A DNA stretch of 64,000 bases. It comes from the human T2T-CHM13v2.0 reference genome, Homo sapiens. The notes beneath the pieces are model-generated. The model saw nothing but the letters and a program-made list of their open reading frames with translations, was not told the origin of the DNA and did no database searches. Every line of letters begins with the position of its first letter. The first letter of the stretch is position 1. Of this stretch, positions 29,731-43,321 are shown piece after piece. Where the stretch lies: assembly GCF_009914755.1 (NCBI RefSeq), contig NC_060941.1, one strand, 5' to 3'. The translations under genes were made by a program, and so were the position numbers.

Positions 29731-32169
29731 AAAAAAAAAAAAAAGAATCTAGACACAGACCTTACACATTTCACAAAAATTAACTCAAGATGGATCACAG
29801 ACCCAAATAAAAAGCATAACACTCCCAGAAGATGCATAGGCAAAAATGTGGATGGTCTTTGATTTCACAATGACTTTTTAAATGCAATACCAAAGGCACA
29901 ATTCATGAAAGAAAATATTGATAAGCCAGACTTCATTAAAATTAAAAATTTCTGCTCTGCAAAAGATACTGTCAAAAGAATGAAAAGACAAGCCACAGAC
30001 TTGGAGAAAATATTTGCAAAAGACATATCTGATAAAGGATTGTCATCTGAAATAAAGAAATCTTAAAACCCAATGAGAAGAAAACATACAAGTTTATTTA
30101 AAAAATGAGGCAAAGATCTTAACAGATACCTCACCAAAGAAGATATACAGATGGCAAGTGAGCACATGCAGAGGTACTCCATGTCTTTTGTCACTAGGGA
30201 ACGAAAATTAAAGCAATGATATACCACTGTACACCTATTTAGAATGGCCAAAATCCAGAATGCTGAGAACATCAAATGCTTGTGGGGATGTGGAGCAATA
30301 GGAACTCTATTCATTGCTGACAGCAATGCAAGCCATCGTGGAAGACAGTTTGGTGATTTCTTACAAGACCGAACATACTTTTGCTGTACTACCCAGCAAT
30401 CACACTTCTTGGTATTTATCCTAAGGAGTTGGAAACTTATATCCACACAAAAACCTGCACATTGATTTTTATAGCAGCTTTATTTATAATTGCCAAAGGT
30501 TGAAAGAAACCAAGACATCCTTTAGTTTGTGAGTGGAAAAACTGTGGTACATCAGGCAATGGGGTATTATTTAATACTAAAAGAAATGAGCTCACAAGTC
30601 ATGAAAAGACATGGGGAAACCTAAATATTTATTACTAAGTAAGAAAAAGGCAACATATTGTATGATTCCAACTATATGACTTTCTGGAAAAGGCCGAACT
30701 ATGAAGACAGTAAAAAGATCAGTGGTTGCCAGTGGTTAGCAGGGTGGGAAGGATGATTAAGCAGAGCACAGAGGATTTTTAGGTAGTAATACTCTGTATG
30801 ATACTATAGTGTTGGATACACATTAATACATGTGTCTTAAACCCACAGAATATACAACACTGAGAGTTAACCCTAATGTAAACTGTAAACTTTGGGTGAT
30901 AATGATGTGTCAATGTTCATCAATTGTAACAAATGCACCACTCTGGTGAGGGGGGCTAGGCAGGTGTGTGGGCAGAGGATATTTGGGAAATCCCTGTACC
31001 ATCTATCAATTTTGCTGTGAATCTAAAACTACTCTAAAAGATAAAAATCTATTTAAAACAAAAAACAACAATATAGATGAGCCATCCTTTCCCTCCTTCC
31101 TATCATTCATCTCTGTTCTCTATGACTCATGTAGACAACTGAAGATGTTTCATGAACGAAAGAGGGGAGAAGAAACAGAAGACACCTTAGGAGCAGGCAC
31201 ATGAGTTGCATCTCTTAGCTCCCTTTTTTGCATTACAATGAATATTTGATCAACCTATTTGAACAGTTCACCCTAAGAGCATTAATATTCCTTTGGCCTT
31301 CAAACTCCTCCATCTAGATTGGCATCTTCCTTGGCCCTTTCGGAAGTTGAATGGCTTTTTTGGTGCTCCCATGCACTTTGCACACAATACAAATAGAACA
31401 TTTACCATTTTGAATGTTAAAAACTAACTTGTAATCCAGAAATCATGTTTTCTCCCTCTCTAGACTCTATGCTTCTCGAAGACTGTGTTTAATTCATCTC
31501 TGCCTATTCAAGGGTCTACCTAGCTCCTGCAGGCAAGTCCTTGGTAAATGTATATGGGACGAGTGCGTTATAGAGGATTTTATTTTACACAATCACAGGT
31601 CCAGAGGCAAATTCAGTTCTTACTGGTTCCCCTTTCTTGGCCTCCATCTCTAATTGCCTTATTTCCTCCATGTCATTGTCTCTAACCCTGGTGTCAAACA
31701 GCCAATCTTTACTTAAACAACTAGCTCTGTAGGAAAACCCAGGACCCAGAAGGAAGTAGATGCTTATATACTCAAAGCAAAAAGAATAACTCTGAGCCCA
31801 TTTCCTTCTCCTCATCAAGTAAACTCTCAAGGGTCTATGACAGCAGCCAGACTGAGGGCAAATGACTTAAAGTATCACTCAGCGTATTATTCTCTTTGCT
31901 CTGCGAGTTCCTACAGCTTTTCAGCTTCCATTCCATAACAGGGCATGTATCTTTATTGATGATGTTCCCATGTACTTAAATAAGAAGAAAAAATAAAATA
32001 AGGAGAAAAAATAAAAAAGCTCAGGCATAGTATATATATATGCCACATTACAGCATAATTAGTTCCTCCCTCAAATATTTTAACACTACTTATTAACATA
32101 AAAAGGGATACTTAAGAGAAAAGATGATATCAAGTAAAGCATTCAAAATGTGAAGTTATGGGCCTTCTC

Positions 32170-32407
32170 ACCTTGGAAGGCTGAGGCAGGAGGATCGCTT
32201 GAGACCAGGAGTTTGAGACCAGCCTGGACAACATGGCAAAACCACATCTCTGCAAAACAATACAAAAATTAACCAAGTATGGTGGCTCGTGCCTGTAGTC
32301 CCAGCTACTTGGGAGGATTGACTTGAGCCCAAGAGGTTGAGGCTGCAGTTATCCATGATTGCACCACTGTGCTCCAGCTTAGGCAACAGAACCCTGTCTC
32401 AAAAAAG
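32170..32407 (+). mobile_element. AluJ-like, 5' end missing
   Basis: ggaggatcgcttgag...gcaccactgtgctccagc...poly-A. Confidence 0.9.
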
Positions 32408-32601
32408 GCAAAACAACCACCACCACCACAACAAAAGTGAAGTCATGACACCATTTAGGGGACATGTAGATATAAAGAATTATTGTTTCCTCCAGGTACT
32501 CAGTCAAGTAATTCTACTAGGGAATCAAGTATGAGAATTGAAGGTTTAATCAGAGTTGCAGCCAGGAGGACTGGATCAAGTGCCTTTCAATCCTGAGAAA
32601 G

Positions 32602-32908
32602 GGCCAGGCGTGGTGGCTCACATCTGTAATCCTAGCACTTTGGGACACCAAGGCAGGAAGATCGCATGAAGCCAGGAATTCTAGACCAGTCTGGGAAACA
32701 TAATGAGACCCCTGTCACTACAAAATTTTTAAAAAAAAATTTAGCAGAGCATGGCACCACATACCCTGTAGTCCTGGCTACTCAGGAGGCTGAGGTGGGA
32801 GGACTGCCTGAGGCCAGGAGTTTGAGGTTGCAGTGAACTATTAATGCATGACTCCACTCCAGCCTGGGTGACAGAGCAAGACCCTGTCACAAAGAAAAAA
32901 ACAAAAAA
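32602..32908 (+). mobile_element. AluJ-like
   Basis: Full Alu; TSD aatcctgagaa. Confidence 0.93.
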
Positions 32909-33933
32909 TCCTGAGAAGGAAGATTCCCTGATGCTCTTTTTCATTTTGAGCTGCCATAGCTGTTCTGGTGCCTGATAGAATATTAAGGACTTGGGAAGAA
33001 GTTATGGCCCATCAGAAAGGTCATGCACATTGTGTCATGCAAATGACCCTTTCTAACCTGGCAATTTGAAATCCTAATGTGAGCAGGTCTAAGTGTGTCT
33101 TGATTTGAATTGTGTCGGTATTTACTTCACTGACACAACTTTACTATTGGATATTTCCTAGTACTTCATAAAAAACACTTTTGTGCTTGTTCAAATGAAA
33201 GAAGATTTGTCTCCCAGGAAAACCATTTAAACATGTAGAGGCTGCAATCTCATTTTCGAATATTAGGTTTCATTTTATGACATATCATGCTGTTTAGTAC
33301 AGCGTATCTATATTAAAAAGCATGAACAAGTCAGCCTTGTTCTGTTCCATTCCTGTCCCTCTCTAATGTACATTTATAAAAACACAGACCTATCTGATTC
33401 TGCACACACTGTACAATATTTTATCGATTACAGTGGAACTTAGTTATATCATGTTTCCAGAGACTGAGAAAAGAAAACATAGAAAGTAGGAAACACTGAA
33501 TTTGATTATGCTAGGCGTGGAGTTTAAAAGACCTGAATTGTGGGGAGGTCTTGTATGTGGGAATAATAAAAATAGGTTTTACTAAAAACTACCCTTTTAC
33601 AAACCATCGGATGGAGGTGTCCCTAGTGTATTCCTTTGTGTCTAGACACATAGTACACACAGCAAATTCCTAGGGAGGCTGCTGTTAGTTTCCATTTTCT
33701 TCTGCATTTTCCTCACTGCTAAACTTTAGTTAGGCTCCTGGCGTCTCTGGATGATTATTCCAATGGTCTTCTAACTAACCTGCTGACTGCAGGAACTCTC
33801 TCCTCAGTTAGCAAATGCTCTGAAAAGGACAAATCCCCTTAAAAACACTTTGTCTTCTGACTACCTGGATTTATATCCTTCAAAGACTTTTAAACCAAGT
33901 GGAAAATAATTTACATCCAAAGATCAGCTAAAC

Positions 33934-34720
33934 CAGCAGTCCCCAACCTTTCTTGCACCAGGGACCAGTTTCGTGGAAGACAATTTTTCCATGCACAGGG
34001 GTGTGGGAAGGCAGAGGATGCCTGTGATATGTGCCTGTAGTTCCAGCTACTCAGGAGGCTGAGGTGGGAAGAGTGGTCGAGCCCAAGAGGTCGAGGCTAC
34101 AGTGAACCATGATCGTGCCACTGCACTCCAGCCTGGGCAACAGAAGGAGACTGTCTCAGAAAAGACAAAACAACCCTAATGTGAACTGTGCATGTGAGGG
34201 ATCTAAGTTGCACATTCCTTATGAGAGTCTAATGCCTGATGATCTGAGGTGAAGCAGTTTCAGGATGATTACAGTGGAACTTAGTTGTACTGTGTTTCCA
34301 GAGACTGAGAAGACAAAACATAGAAGTTAGGAAACACTGAATTTGATTGTGCTAGGCACAGAGGTTAAAATACCTGAATTGTGGGGAGGTCTCGTATATG
34401 GGAATAATAAAAATAGGTTTTACTAAAACTACCCTTTTACAAACCATTGGACAGTTTCAGGATGAAACTGTTCCACCTCATGACCTCGATCTCTCACATG
34501 CACTGTTCACAGTAGGGTTGGCGCTCCTGTGAGAATCTAATGCCGCTGCTGATGTGACAGGAGGAAGAGCTCAGGCAGTAATATGAGTGATGGGGAGTGA
34601 CTATAAATAGATGAAGCTTTGCTTGCTCACCCACTGCTCACCTCCTGCCGTGTGGCCCCATTCCTAATAGACCACCCACCAACAGGTACCAGTCTGCAGC
34701 CTGGGGGTTGGGGACCCCTG
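33934..34720 (+). mobile_element. MER1 (hAT-Charlie) composite element
   Basis: TIRs cagcagtccccaacc / ggttggggacccctg and exact 8-bp TSD agctaaac. Contains an Alu fragment, an inverted self-segment and a copy of 33426-33611. Confidence 0.93.
34031..34170 (+). mobile_element. Alu right-arm fragment (J/FRAM-like) inside MER1
   Basis: gcctgtagttccagctactcaggagg...gcactccagcctgggcaaca. Confidence 0.9.
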
Positions 34721-34759
34721 AGCTAAACATTTGTCCTTATTTTCTTCTTTTTGGTTTTA

Positions 34760-35680
34760 TTTCCACATTTCACTCTTTAGTGTATCTGAAAATTAGTGTT
34801 TTCTATGAGGTAAAAATTACCATTTTTTCTCCCAATATTCAACTATTTATAACGCCTTTTCTTAGGTGATCCTTTCCTTCCCCGCTGATCTGTATTTTCT
34901 CCCATGTTGTGTAAGGAGATGTTTCAGACACCTGGGTCTGTTTCTGGGCTCTCAGCTCCATTCTGTTGTCTTCCTGCCTATTCCTTCCCAAACACAACTC
35001 TGATGTAAGGAATGTAGCTTTGGGAATGTTTTAATGTCAGGTAGGGATCGCTACCACCTTCTCTAATCCTTCTTCTTAATAATTATTTAGCTCTTCTTGG
35101 TAACTTGTTCTTGCAGATAAATGTTAGAATCATTTAGGAGTTCTGGATATATTCCACTGAGATCTTGGTTGAAATTTCATTAATACTAAAAAATAAATTT
35201 TGAGAAAATTTATGTCTTTACAATATTTGCTCTGCTCATATGAGAATATGGCATGGCCCCCATCTTTTCATCTGCTTTTACGTCTCTGCTAAATTTTTTC
35301 CTATAAGTCCTGCACATTTTGTGGTTTTGTAGTTTACCTATAGTTGCTTTATGTTTTTTGTTGATAATCCAAATACAATTTTTCCCATTACGTTTTCTAG
35401 CTCGTTATTGCTGTTACAAAAAAAAAAAAAAAAAGACACAGACTTTTAAATGTTTATTTCATACTTTATGACCTTACTGAACTCTCTTCTATTCCAACAT
35501 TTTTTTCAGTCAATTCTTATGGGATTTTTAAGAAGATATTTTCTGAAAATAATGATTTTCTTTTCTCTTTTCCAATACGCAAAGGTCATGCTCTTCATTT
35601 CTGCTCTGGTTTTCATTACATTGGCCTGAACTTCCAGAACAATATGAAATCACAAAATCAATTTTGATCTCCCAACTTTG
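34760..35680 (-). mobile_element. Old L1M fragment
   Basis: T-rich degenerate antisense ORF2-like sequence (ttcttgcagataaatgttagaatc, accttactgaactct). Confidence 0.55.
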
Positions 35681-35845
35681 ATGTTTCTCTCTCCCCAGCC
35701 CAGCCCCTAAATATCCTCCTTTTCCTGGCATTTGATTTGACTCCACTTAGTGCATTCCAGCATCTCTCTGTGTCTTGGAAAAGAGCTCCCTTTTCTAACA
35801 CTCACCCCATGAACTTCATCCTCTAGTCTGTCGAGGTGTACCAGG

Positions 35846-36038
35846 CAGGGTCGCCAGATAAAATTGAGGACACCCAGTGAAATCTGAATTTTCGATAAAC
35901 AACAAATACGCTTTTAGTATAAATGTGTCCCATGCAATCTTTGGAACACATTTATACTAAAAACCTATTTGTTGTTTATCTGAAATTTAGATTTCACTGG
36001 GAATCCTGTGTTTTTCTTTGGTAAATCTGGCAACCCTA
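35846..36038. mobile_element. MER53 palindromic hAT MITE
   Basis: cagggtcgccagat...atctggcaacccta, 193 bp, self-complementary; 6/8 TSD gtaccagg/gtgccagt. Confidence 0.9.
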
Positions 36039-36459
36039 GTGCCAGTTCCAGTTCCTAAGCCAAGTTCACATCTGGGATCACACATCTCTATGCACATTTG
36101 TCTATTATCATTTTGTTAATATTCTGCTATAATGATATGTTCATTTGCTACTTCATATCCTACGAAGCTACTGGCAGCTGATGTATCCTAGGCATTTGGT
36201 TGTTAAATGAATTTTCAAAATGCATGAATGATGGCAAGCAGATCATCAACTCTTGAGTATTACTGGAACACATAAACTGTAAAATGTTTTGAGGCTTAAG
36301 TAGAGGAACAAACAGGTGTGAATGAGTTTACTAACTGCCAAAGAATCCAAGAAAAAGAGAAAAGTACAGCCAGTTTTTAAAATTTTCAAAAGTGGAATTT
36401 TATTTAAATTCAGAAGATAAGTGAGTATATCACTTCATCGTTTTATTATTAGAAAGAAC

Positions 36460-36595
36460 CATGAGCACTGAAATGGAATCAAGAGACCCAGAATCTAATT
36501 CTGACTCTGCCATGAATTGGCTATTTGGCCATGCACAAGTCACTTCAACTTCCTGGTTTTAGTTGCTTCATCCATAAAACAAGACCATTGGAATA
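36460..36595 (+). mobile_element. MIR
   Basis: caagtcacttcaacttcctggttttagttgcttcatccataaaa. Confidence 0.65.
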
Positions 36596-37119
36596 GGAGT
36601 GGTTATCAAGCATTGTTTTAGCGGTGAGGTCCTTAGAAATGAAATATTACACAGAACCTCAACATCTAATGCAGATAAAAGAGAGCAATTCTATTTGAAG
36701 AAGATGCAGCACGTCCAAGGTCCCCCAGCTCAACTCCCTCTTGCCCTTCGGAGTGGCCCCTTAAGGAACTCTGTAGAACATTGGACACCCTTGGGCTGTA
36801 CAGTCTTCAAGACCAGCGTCCCAATCTGCTTTGACATATGTACATGTTACTGTAGTATAATAATCAGGTACAGATTACCTGAGAAGATATAGGCATATAG
36901 ATATATAGAGAGTAACATCTCAAGTAACCAGTGCTTGATATCTACTCTTGATTCCTCTTTGATGAAGCAGAGGCAATCTATTAGTCTGAAGTCATCCCAA
37001 TCCTCTATAGCTACAGTCTCATTTAATGAAAATAGTTAGTCATAGCGATGATCAAGGTCATCAGAAGATTCTGAAGCATTGCATAAAAGGATTAATTTCT
37101 GTGGTATGCTAGATTTCTC

Positions 37120-37720
37120 CTTGCATCTCTCCAGAATAGCCCCAGTGGGTAGGACTACTGCAATCATCTTCTAATGGTGGAGCCCTCACAGTCCAATCTC
37201 TTTGCCTCCTCAAGAGTGACCCTTTCTAAATGACCACCCCATCATGTCACACACATTGCAGCCTTCCCACCATTACTGTTGCCTTTCATTGCTCTTAATA
37301 TAAAATGAACAGCCTTCAGTGAAACTCACCCAGTCCTGGATACCTCTCAAGCACTCTCTCTCTAGCCAGGATGCTCCTCCTCAAACCCACCATAGTTCCT
37401 CCCACCATCAAGCCTTTACATCGCTGTTCTTCTACCTAGAAAACTATTCCCTCCTCTCTTTTCCAAGTTAACACCAACTCATCCAGCAGACCTTTGTTTG
37501 AGCGCTCCTTTCTCAGCTGTAAGTAGACTGCCTTATTGTACACTGTCATAGTGGCCCATATCCTCACAATCACTTGTTATCATTGTATATCCATGCTTGT
37601 TCATATGATTGTTTGATTAATGTCTATCTTCTTTACAAAACTATAAACTGTAAACCCCATAAGAATCCAGCAGCACAGTGTCTGACATATAATGTATCCT
37701 TAATAAATACTTATTGATTA
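37120..37720 (+). mobile_element. L2 3' fragment
   Basis: cagcacagtgtctgacatataatgtatccttaataaatacttattga terminus. Confidence 0.6.
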
Positions 37721-40166
37721 AATTACTTATGAGATAGAAAAATGTGTTCATACCTTTTACAAAGATTTGCCACAAGAGTTAAGAACTAAGGAGTGCTTTA
37801 GCTGATCGAATGTTATTTGTGAAAAAAAAAAAAATTAGCTATTCAGTATATCTAATTCTCTATATATCTGTAATCGTTGTGACTTAATGTTTTATTCATA
37901 CCAGCCACAAGTGGGGAAAGACTACTCTAGCGTTTTTAACACAGAAAATTTAATAAAGTATTTTCACAGGGGTAAAACCACTGAAAAACTAAATAGGAGA
38001 CCATAAGGCAACTCGCAAATTAGCAATAGCAGAAAACTACCACTACCCCTGCACTGGAAGAAGAAATAAACTAGGTCCATCCAGTGGGCACTGAGACCAT
38101 GGTGGGAGGATATGTCCATGGGAGCCAGAGCACAGAGGAAAAACTGCTTCTGCCAGAGATGCTTCTGGAGGCAAAGTGCAAAGGGCAGAAATGTCCTATC
38201 TTCCCCATTCATCCAGTCCTTTAATCTTTTCCAACCCTTTTCCAGAGGCCAGAAGGCAAAGTAGCCTGGGAAGCGATTACACTTGATATACAACAGAGCA
38301 GCGGGAGAGTTGGAAATGGATGTGAGCTCAAAGAAACAGTTAACCCTCATGGTACCCAGAGTAAATTATATAATCAGCAATAGTATCACATCCAAGAGTT
38401 ACTGAATTAGTACCTAAGTGATTAGTAAGAGTCAAAGACTTTCTCCTCCTCAGCCTAGCCTAGAGCAGGGCTTTCCTAACTCATCTCCATGCCTCCAGTC
38501 TGGGTGGCTTTTGTATGGTTACCAGCATAATCTTCCTAAAATACTTGTATGCACAGAGAGGACACTAGTGGGGGCCTTCTTAGGTTCTCCACAGTTTGTG
38601 GAATATTGAGGAAACTTCTTATCCTAGCATTGCTAGCCTTCCAGTCTGCCCCTACTCTCCTCTCCAATTAACCTATGTATGATGAACCAAAGAAGCCCAT
38701 ACATCACCCATGCTCTTCCTGTTCCATTTCCCCCCTCCACACCCTTTTCACCATTCACCTATTCATCTTTTGGGGACCAATAAATATTCTGCCTCCTCCA
38801 AGAAGATATCCTTGATTTCATCAGCTCAGATGAAGTGATTCATAATGGAAGAACATGGATTTGTATAGGGATTTGTAGATTGTCCTTTATAATAGGGGGT
38901 AGATACCATGAAGTGTCCATATATTAGAATATTCTGGAACTGTTCAAAAAGGTTTTGAAAAAAATATAATGATGCGAAAGAATGCTCATTATCATCCAAC
39001 TGTAAAAAGTAAAAAATCAAAACTGTATTTATACTTTTTTAAAATACATACACATGCATACACACATAAAATACTAATGAGAAATGTTAGCTAAAATAAC
39101 CCTTATTATTTTGGGGTCAGGGAATTTTGAGTTACTATCACTGTTGTCTTTTTAGATTTCTGTGGTATCTAAACTTTCTGTAACTGCTCTGCTTTTATTA
39201 TGAAGGAAAATAAATAAAAGATACGATGAACATGGACTTTGGATACACACAGGCCATTTCAGACTTTGATGAATACTCTCTCTCTTAATTCATACCATGA
39301 TATAGGTAATCTACTGTAAGTTTCCAGGGACATTTTTTATTTTTATGAATATATCATCATTCTGAAGGTCTCCCTAAATATCTAAGATCTCCACGGGACA
39401 TACATACATCTTAGGCCTTTTCATCCCCAGTGCCTCAAATTGTAGTGCACACATCCCACACTTTTAATAAGGGACATAATGAAGACATCTCCTTTCCCCG
39501 TCCATCTCCTGTGCCCATTCACATCCATCGTCAGGTGATGCTCCCCTCATGGTGCTTTTCCGACTGCCCTAGCCAAGTCTAGGCCCTCAATATTCATTCC
39601 TGATCTCTAGGACTTTGATCTCCGTGGCCAGTCTCCAAACTGCCCATCATACTGTGTTCAGCTTCATTTTCCTAAAACATGACCTCAGGGACTGAGGGAA
39701 TGCCCACCATCTTGAGCCGGACTGGTTGCCATGCCAGAGGGCAAACAGTTTCCAGAGTCTTGCCTCAGCAAATGAATGAGCTGTCAAGGAAGTAACTTCC
39801 TGCTCTTCGTGTTTGCTCTTTACTCATTGGCTAGAACTAGTCATGTGATTTCATTCATGTACAAACGAGTCAGGAAGTCAGCTCTCCGTGTACCTAGAAG
39901 CTGGAGAGACAGAAATGTTGGCAAAGAATGTAAGTAACTATTATGAGGCTCAATAAAAGTTGGATATTGGTTTAAAATACAAGTTAGGCATAATCTAGCC
40001 CGGGGCATCTATTTTTATTAAAAAAAGATATAACTAGCAAAGGAAGCTCGTAGTGGGATATAAATTGGGAGGAAGAGGGGCAAGAAATGGGCAAACTTTC
40101 AGACTATGCCTGCTTTTTCCCTGAAATGATATCTTAATGGTCCCCCTTAGGAAATCAGGCACTGTT

Positions 40167-40495
40167 TGTTTGTTTGTTTGTTTATATTAAATTAATTAAT
40201 TAATTAATTTTTTAGAGACAGAGTCTCACTCTGTTGCTCAGGCTGAAGTGCAATGGCACGATCTCGGCTCACCGCAACCTCTGTCTCCTGGGTTCAAGTG
40301 ATCCTCCTGCCTCAGCCTCCTGAGTAGCTGGGATTACAGGTGCCCGCCACCACACCTGGCTAGTTTTTGTATTTTTAGTATACCTGGGGTTTCACCATGT
40401 TGGCCAGGTTCGTCTCGAACTTCTGATCTCAGGTGATCTGCCCGCCTCGGCCTCCCAAGTGCTGGGATTACAGGCATGAGCCACCACGCCCAGCC
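40167..40495 (-). mobile_element. AluS-like (first of a tandem pair)
   Basis: Reverse Alu with (TTTG)n/(TTAA)n tail. Confidence 0.95.
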
Positions 40496-40496
40496 T

Positions 40497-40789
40497 ATTT
40501 TTATTTTTGAGACAGAGTTTTGCTCTGTCGCCCAGGCTGGAGTGAAGTGGCATGATCTCAATTCACTGCAACTTCTGCCTCCTAGGTTCAAGTAATTCTC
40601 CTGTCTCAGCCTCCAGAGTAGCCGGGATTACAGGCGCCCACTACCACGCCCAGCTAATTTTTGTGTTTTTAGTAGAGCTGGGGTTTCGCCATGTTGGCCA
40701 GGTTGGTCTCGAACTACTGACCTCAAGTGATCTGCCCACCTCGGCCTCCCGAAGTGCTGGGATTACAGGCACAAGTCACTGTGCCTGGC
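40497..40789 (-). mobile_element. AluS-like (second of the tandem pair)
   Basis: Reverse Alu; both Alus lie inside one TSD, tcaggcactgttt. Confidence 0.95.
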
Positions 40790-40943
40790 TCAGGCACTGT
40801 TTATGATCATACATTACGGATTGGAAACCACTGTCATAATATAGACATTTCAAAATCAATGTCAAACCCTTTTTGTGAGCTTTGCCCCTGTACCTCCTCC
40901 CCATCCGTAATCCCAGCACCACTGGTTTTAAAAACTTTGTACT

Positions 40944-41226
40944 GGCTGGGCGCGGTGGCTCACGCCCGTAATCCCAGCACTTTGTGAGGCCGAGGTGGGC
41001 GGATCACGAGGTCAGGAGATCGAGACCATCCTGGCTAACACGGTGAAACCCCGTCTCTACTAAAAACACAAAATAATTAGCCAGGCGTGGTGGCGGGTGC
41101 CTGTAGTCCCAGCTACTCGGGAGGCTGAGGCAGGGGAATGGTGTGAACCCGGGAGGCGGAGCTAGCAGTGAGCCAAGACTGCACCACTGCAACTCCAGCA
41201 TGGGCGACAGAGCGGGACTCCGTCTC

Positions 41227-41257
<31 letters not shown>
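40944..41257 (+). mobile_element. AluY
   Basis: ggatcacgaggtcaggagatcgagaccatcctggctaacacgg; (CAAAA)n tail; TSD aaaaactttgta. Confidence 0.95.
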
Positions 41258-43321
41258 CTTTGTATTATACCCTTCTTGGCTCCATTCTCCTAAATCAAGA
41301 TTTCCTTGGCTGCAGAAGGAGGCTTGCAAATCACTGTGATTTCAGGACTGAATGAAGAGTTTATTTCTCCGTGGTACAAAGGGGTGACTACCCAGTCTTG
41401 TTCCCCAAAGCACTCTTCAGATCAAAGACATTAGCTGAGCTACTGAAGTATTAATTAGCGGGTACAATTGTCAAAAATTAGTTTTTGTGTGAACCAATTA
41501 AAACAAAATAATTGGGAGTTGTCAGCACTTCTAAATATTTATAAAAGTTGATGCAAATATTTATTTACATATCATCTGTTTGCAATTTTTATTGCTCCTG
41601 CTCTCTGCAAAGTTACTCATAAGCCGTTAGATCCTTTCTCTTGATACTTAAATTAAAACCTAAACTTATTCTACTCAACTGACAGAAAGCTAAAATATTT
41701 TTGTTTGAATTCATTTGACAATGTGTATTTTTGGCAGTGTGTTTATATTCCTCATTTATAACGAAAAGTGATACTATAGCCATCCCTTCAAGGAGAAATT
41801 TCTGATTTTTTTTTCATAGCCAATTCATTCTATTTTTCCATGTGGTATTCATTAAGTCATTCTCAACTTTGTTGATTTTCATTATATCTATAGAGTGTTA
41901 AAATTTCTTTCACACTTCTGCAATTGGTTAGCAATATTAGGCCGCTTTGCTTGACATCTTTTATTGTGCATCAAATCTACACTAGTCCTGAAATATCAAG
42001 AAATGTCAGAATCTCTTGGTTAATAATCCCTCCCCTACAGGAGAAGTAATCACCCTTTCCTCTTCATACATCCTCTATCAGATCACAAGTCTCTTCATCA
42101 CCTCAAAGCATGCTTCCATCCACATTTTCCCTGCCATTTTGAAATTTATTTTTCTGCTTTTCCTGTCTTTGAGAAATAAAGATCCTCATGACTTTATAAT
42201 GTTAACATTTGCATTAAAATACTTAAAGCTGATGAAGTTTATTATTCCTATTATATATTAAATTTAAATTCATGATAAAAAATTTTGGAGAAAATGCCCA
42301 CCACTTACCAATAGCCCTAGTATATATTTCAGTGTATTTCCATTTATAGTTTTGTCTGTATATAGTATTTTATTTGCTATGTTTTCGTGTAATTGTCATA
42401 TTATTATCTATTCAATTTTCTTCTGCTTTATTTTCCATTATATCATGAGCTTTTCCTCCAAGTAATTACAACTGTTCATAAAGTTCTCCCCTCCCCATGG
42501 CCCATGATTACATGATAGTCCCTTAGTAGATGGATGTATACAGTTTAGTTGAGCAGTCTCTTACTAGATTTGAGAAGCACAGGATGGAGTTTGTTGCCTG
42601 AATCTAACTATTCAACCCCCTCTTTCTGCTGGTAGGAAATATGCATGAAGAACGGCAAAGAAGACAATGGGATGGAAAGTACCGGGCCCACACTGTGGTT
42701 ATCAGCTATGGATCACAGTGTTATCTGGGTGAGAAGGGTTGGCAGAAACACCTGGAAAAAAGAGAAAATGTTTTTGGTTTCAGTTTCGTAAGAATGCTGG
42801 TCTAGCATTCGTGACCTGGGAGCATAAATAATTGAACATAGAAATTTTGTGCCAAGCGATATGAAGAAATTAATACTATCCCCGTGCTTCCCATATCCTT
42901 TGGCAAGAGATGGGGATGGGCCCATGCATCCTGTTTCCTTTCTCCCAGACTGGCCTTTGAGACACTCCTCTCTACTTGCAAAGTTAAGAAATTTCAAAGG
43001 TGGCCTGTGTCTCTGGGTCTTCTTGTGACTCAGTTCTATGCTATACATTTTAATGTTTTTAATTTCCATTCCAGGTTTGAGCCCTACATGTTGCCCCCTC
43101 CTCAATGCTCAATCAAGGGTAGGTTTTTACAATAGCCCAGCATCCTCTACCTCTCAGAGCAGAGTGCCCCAAGAGGGAGAGGCCCCTGTCTAAGCAAGGT
43201 GCATGGTTGTGCCTTCCCCAGAGTTTCAATCTTGTTCTACTTTTTATATTTCTCCATCTGCAGCAGAATCACAGGAGGCAGTATCTATTGTCTTTGCTTC
43301 CTACACTGGAATTCTGTAGAC

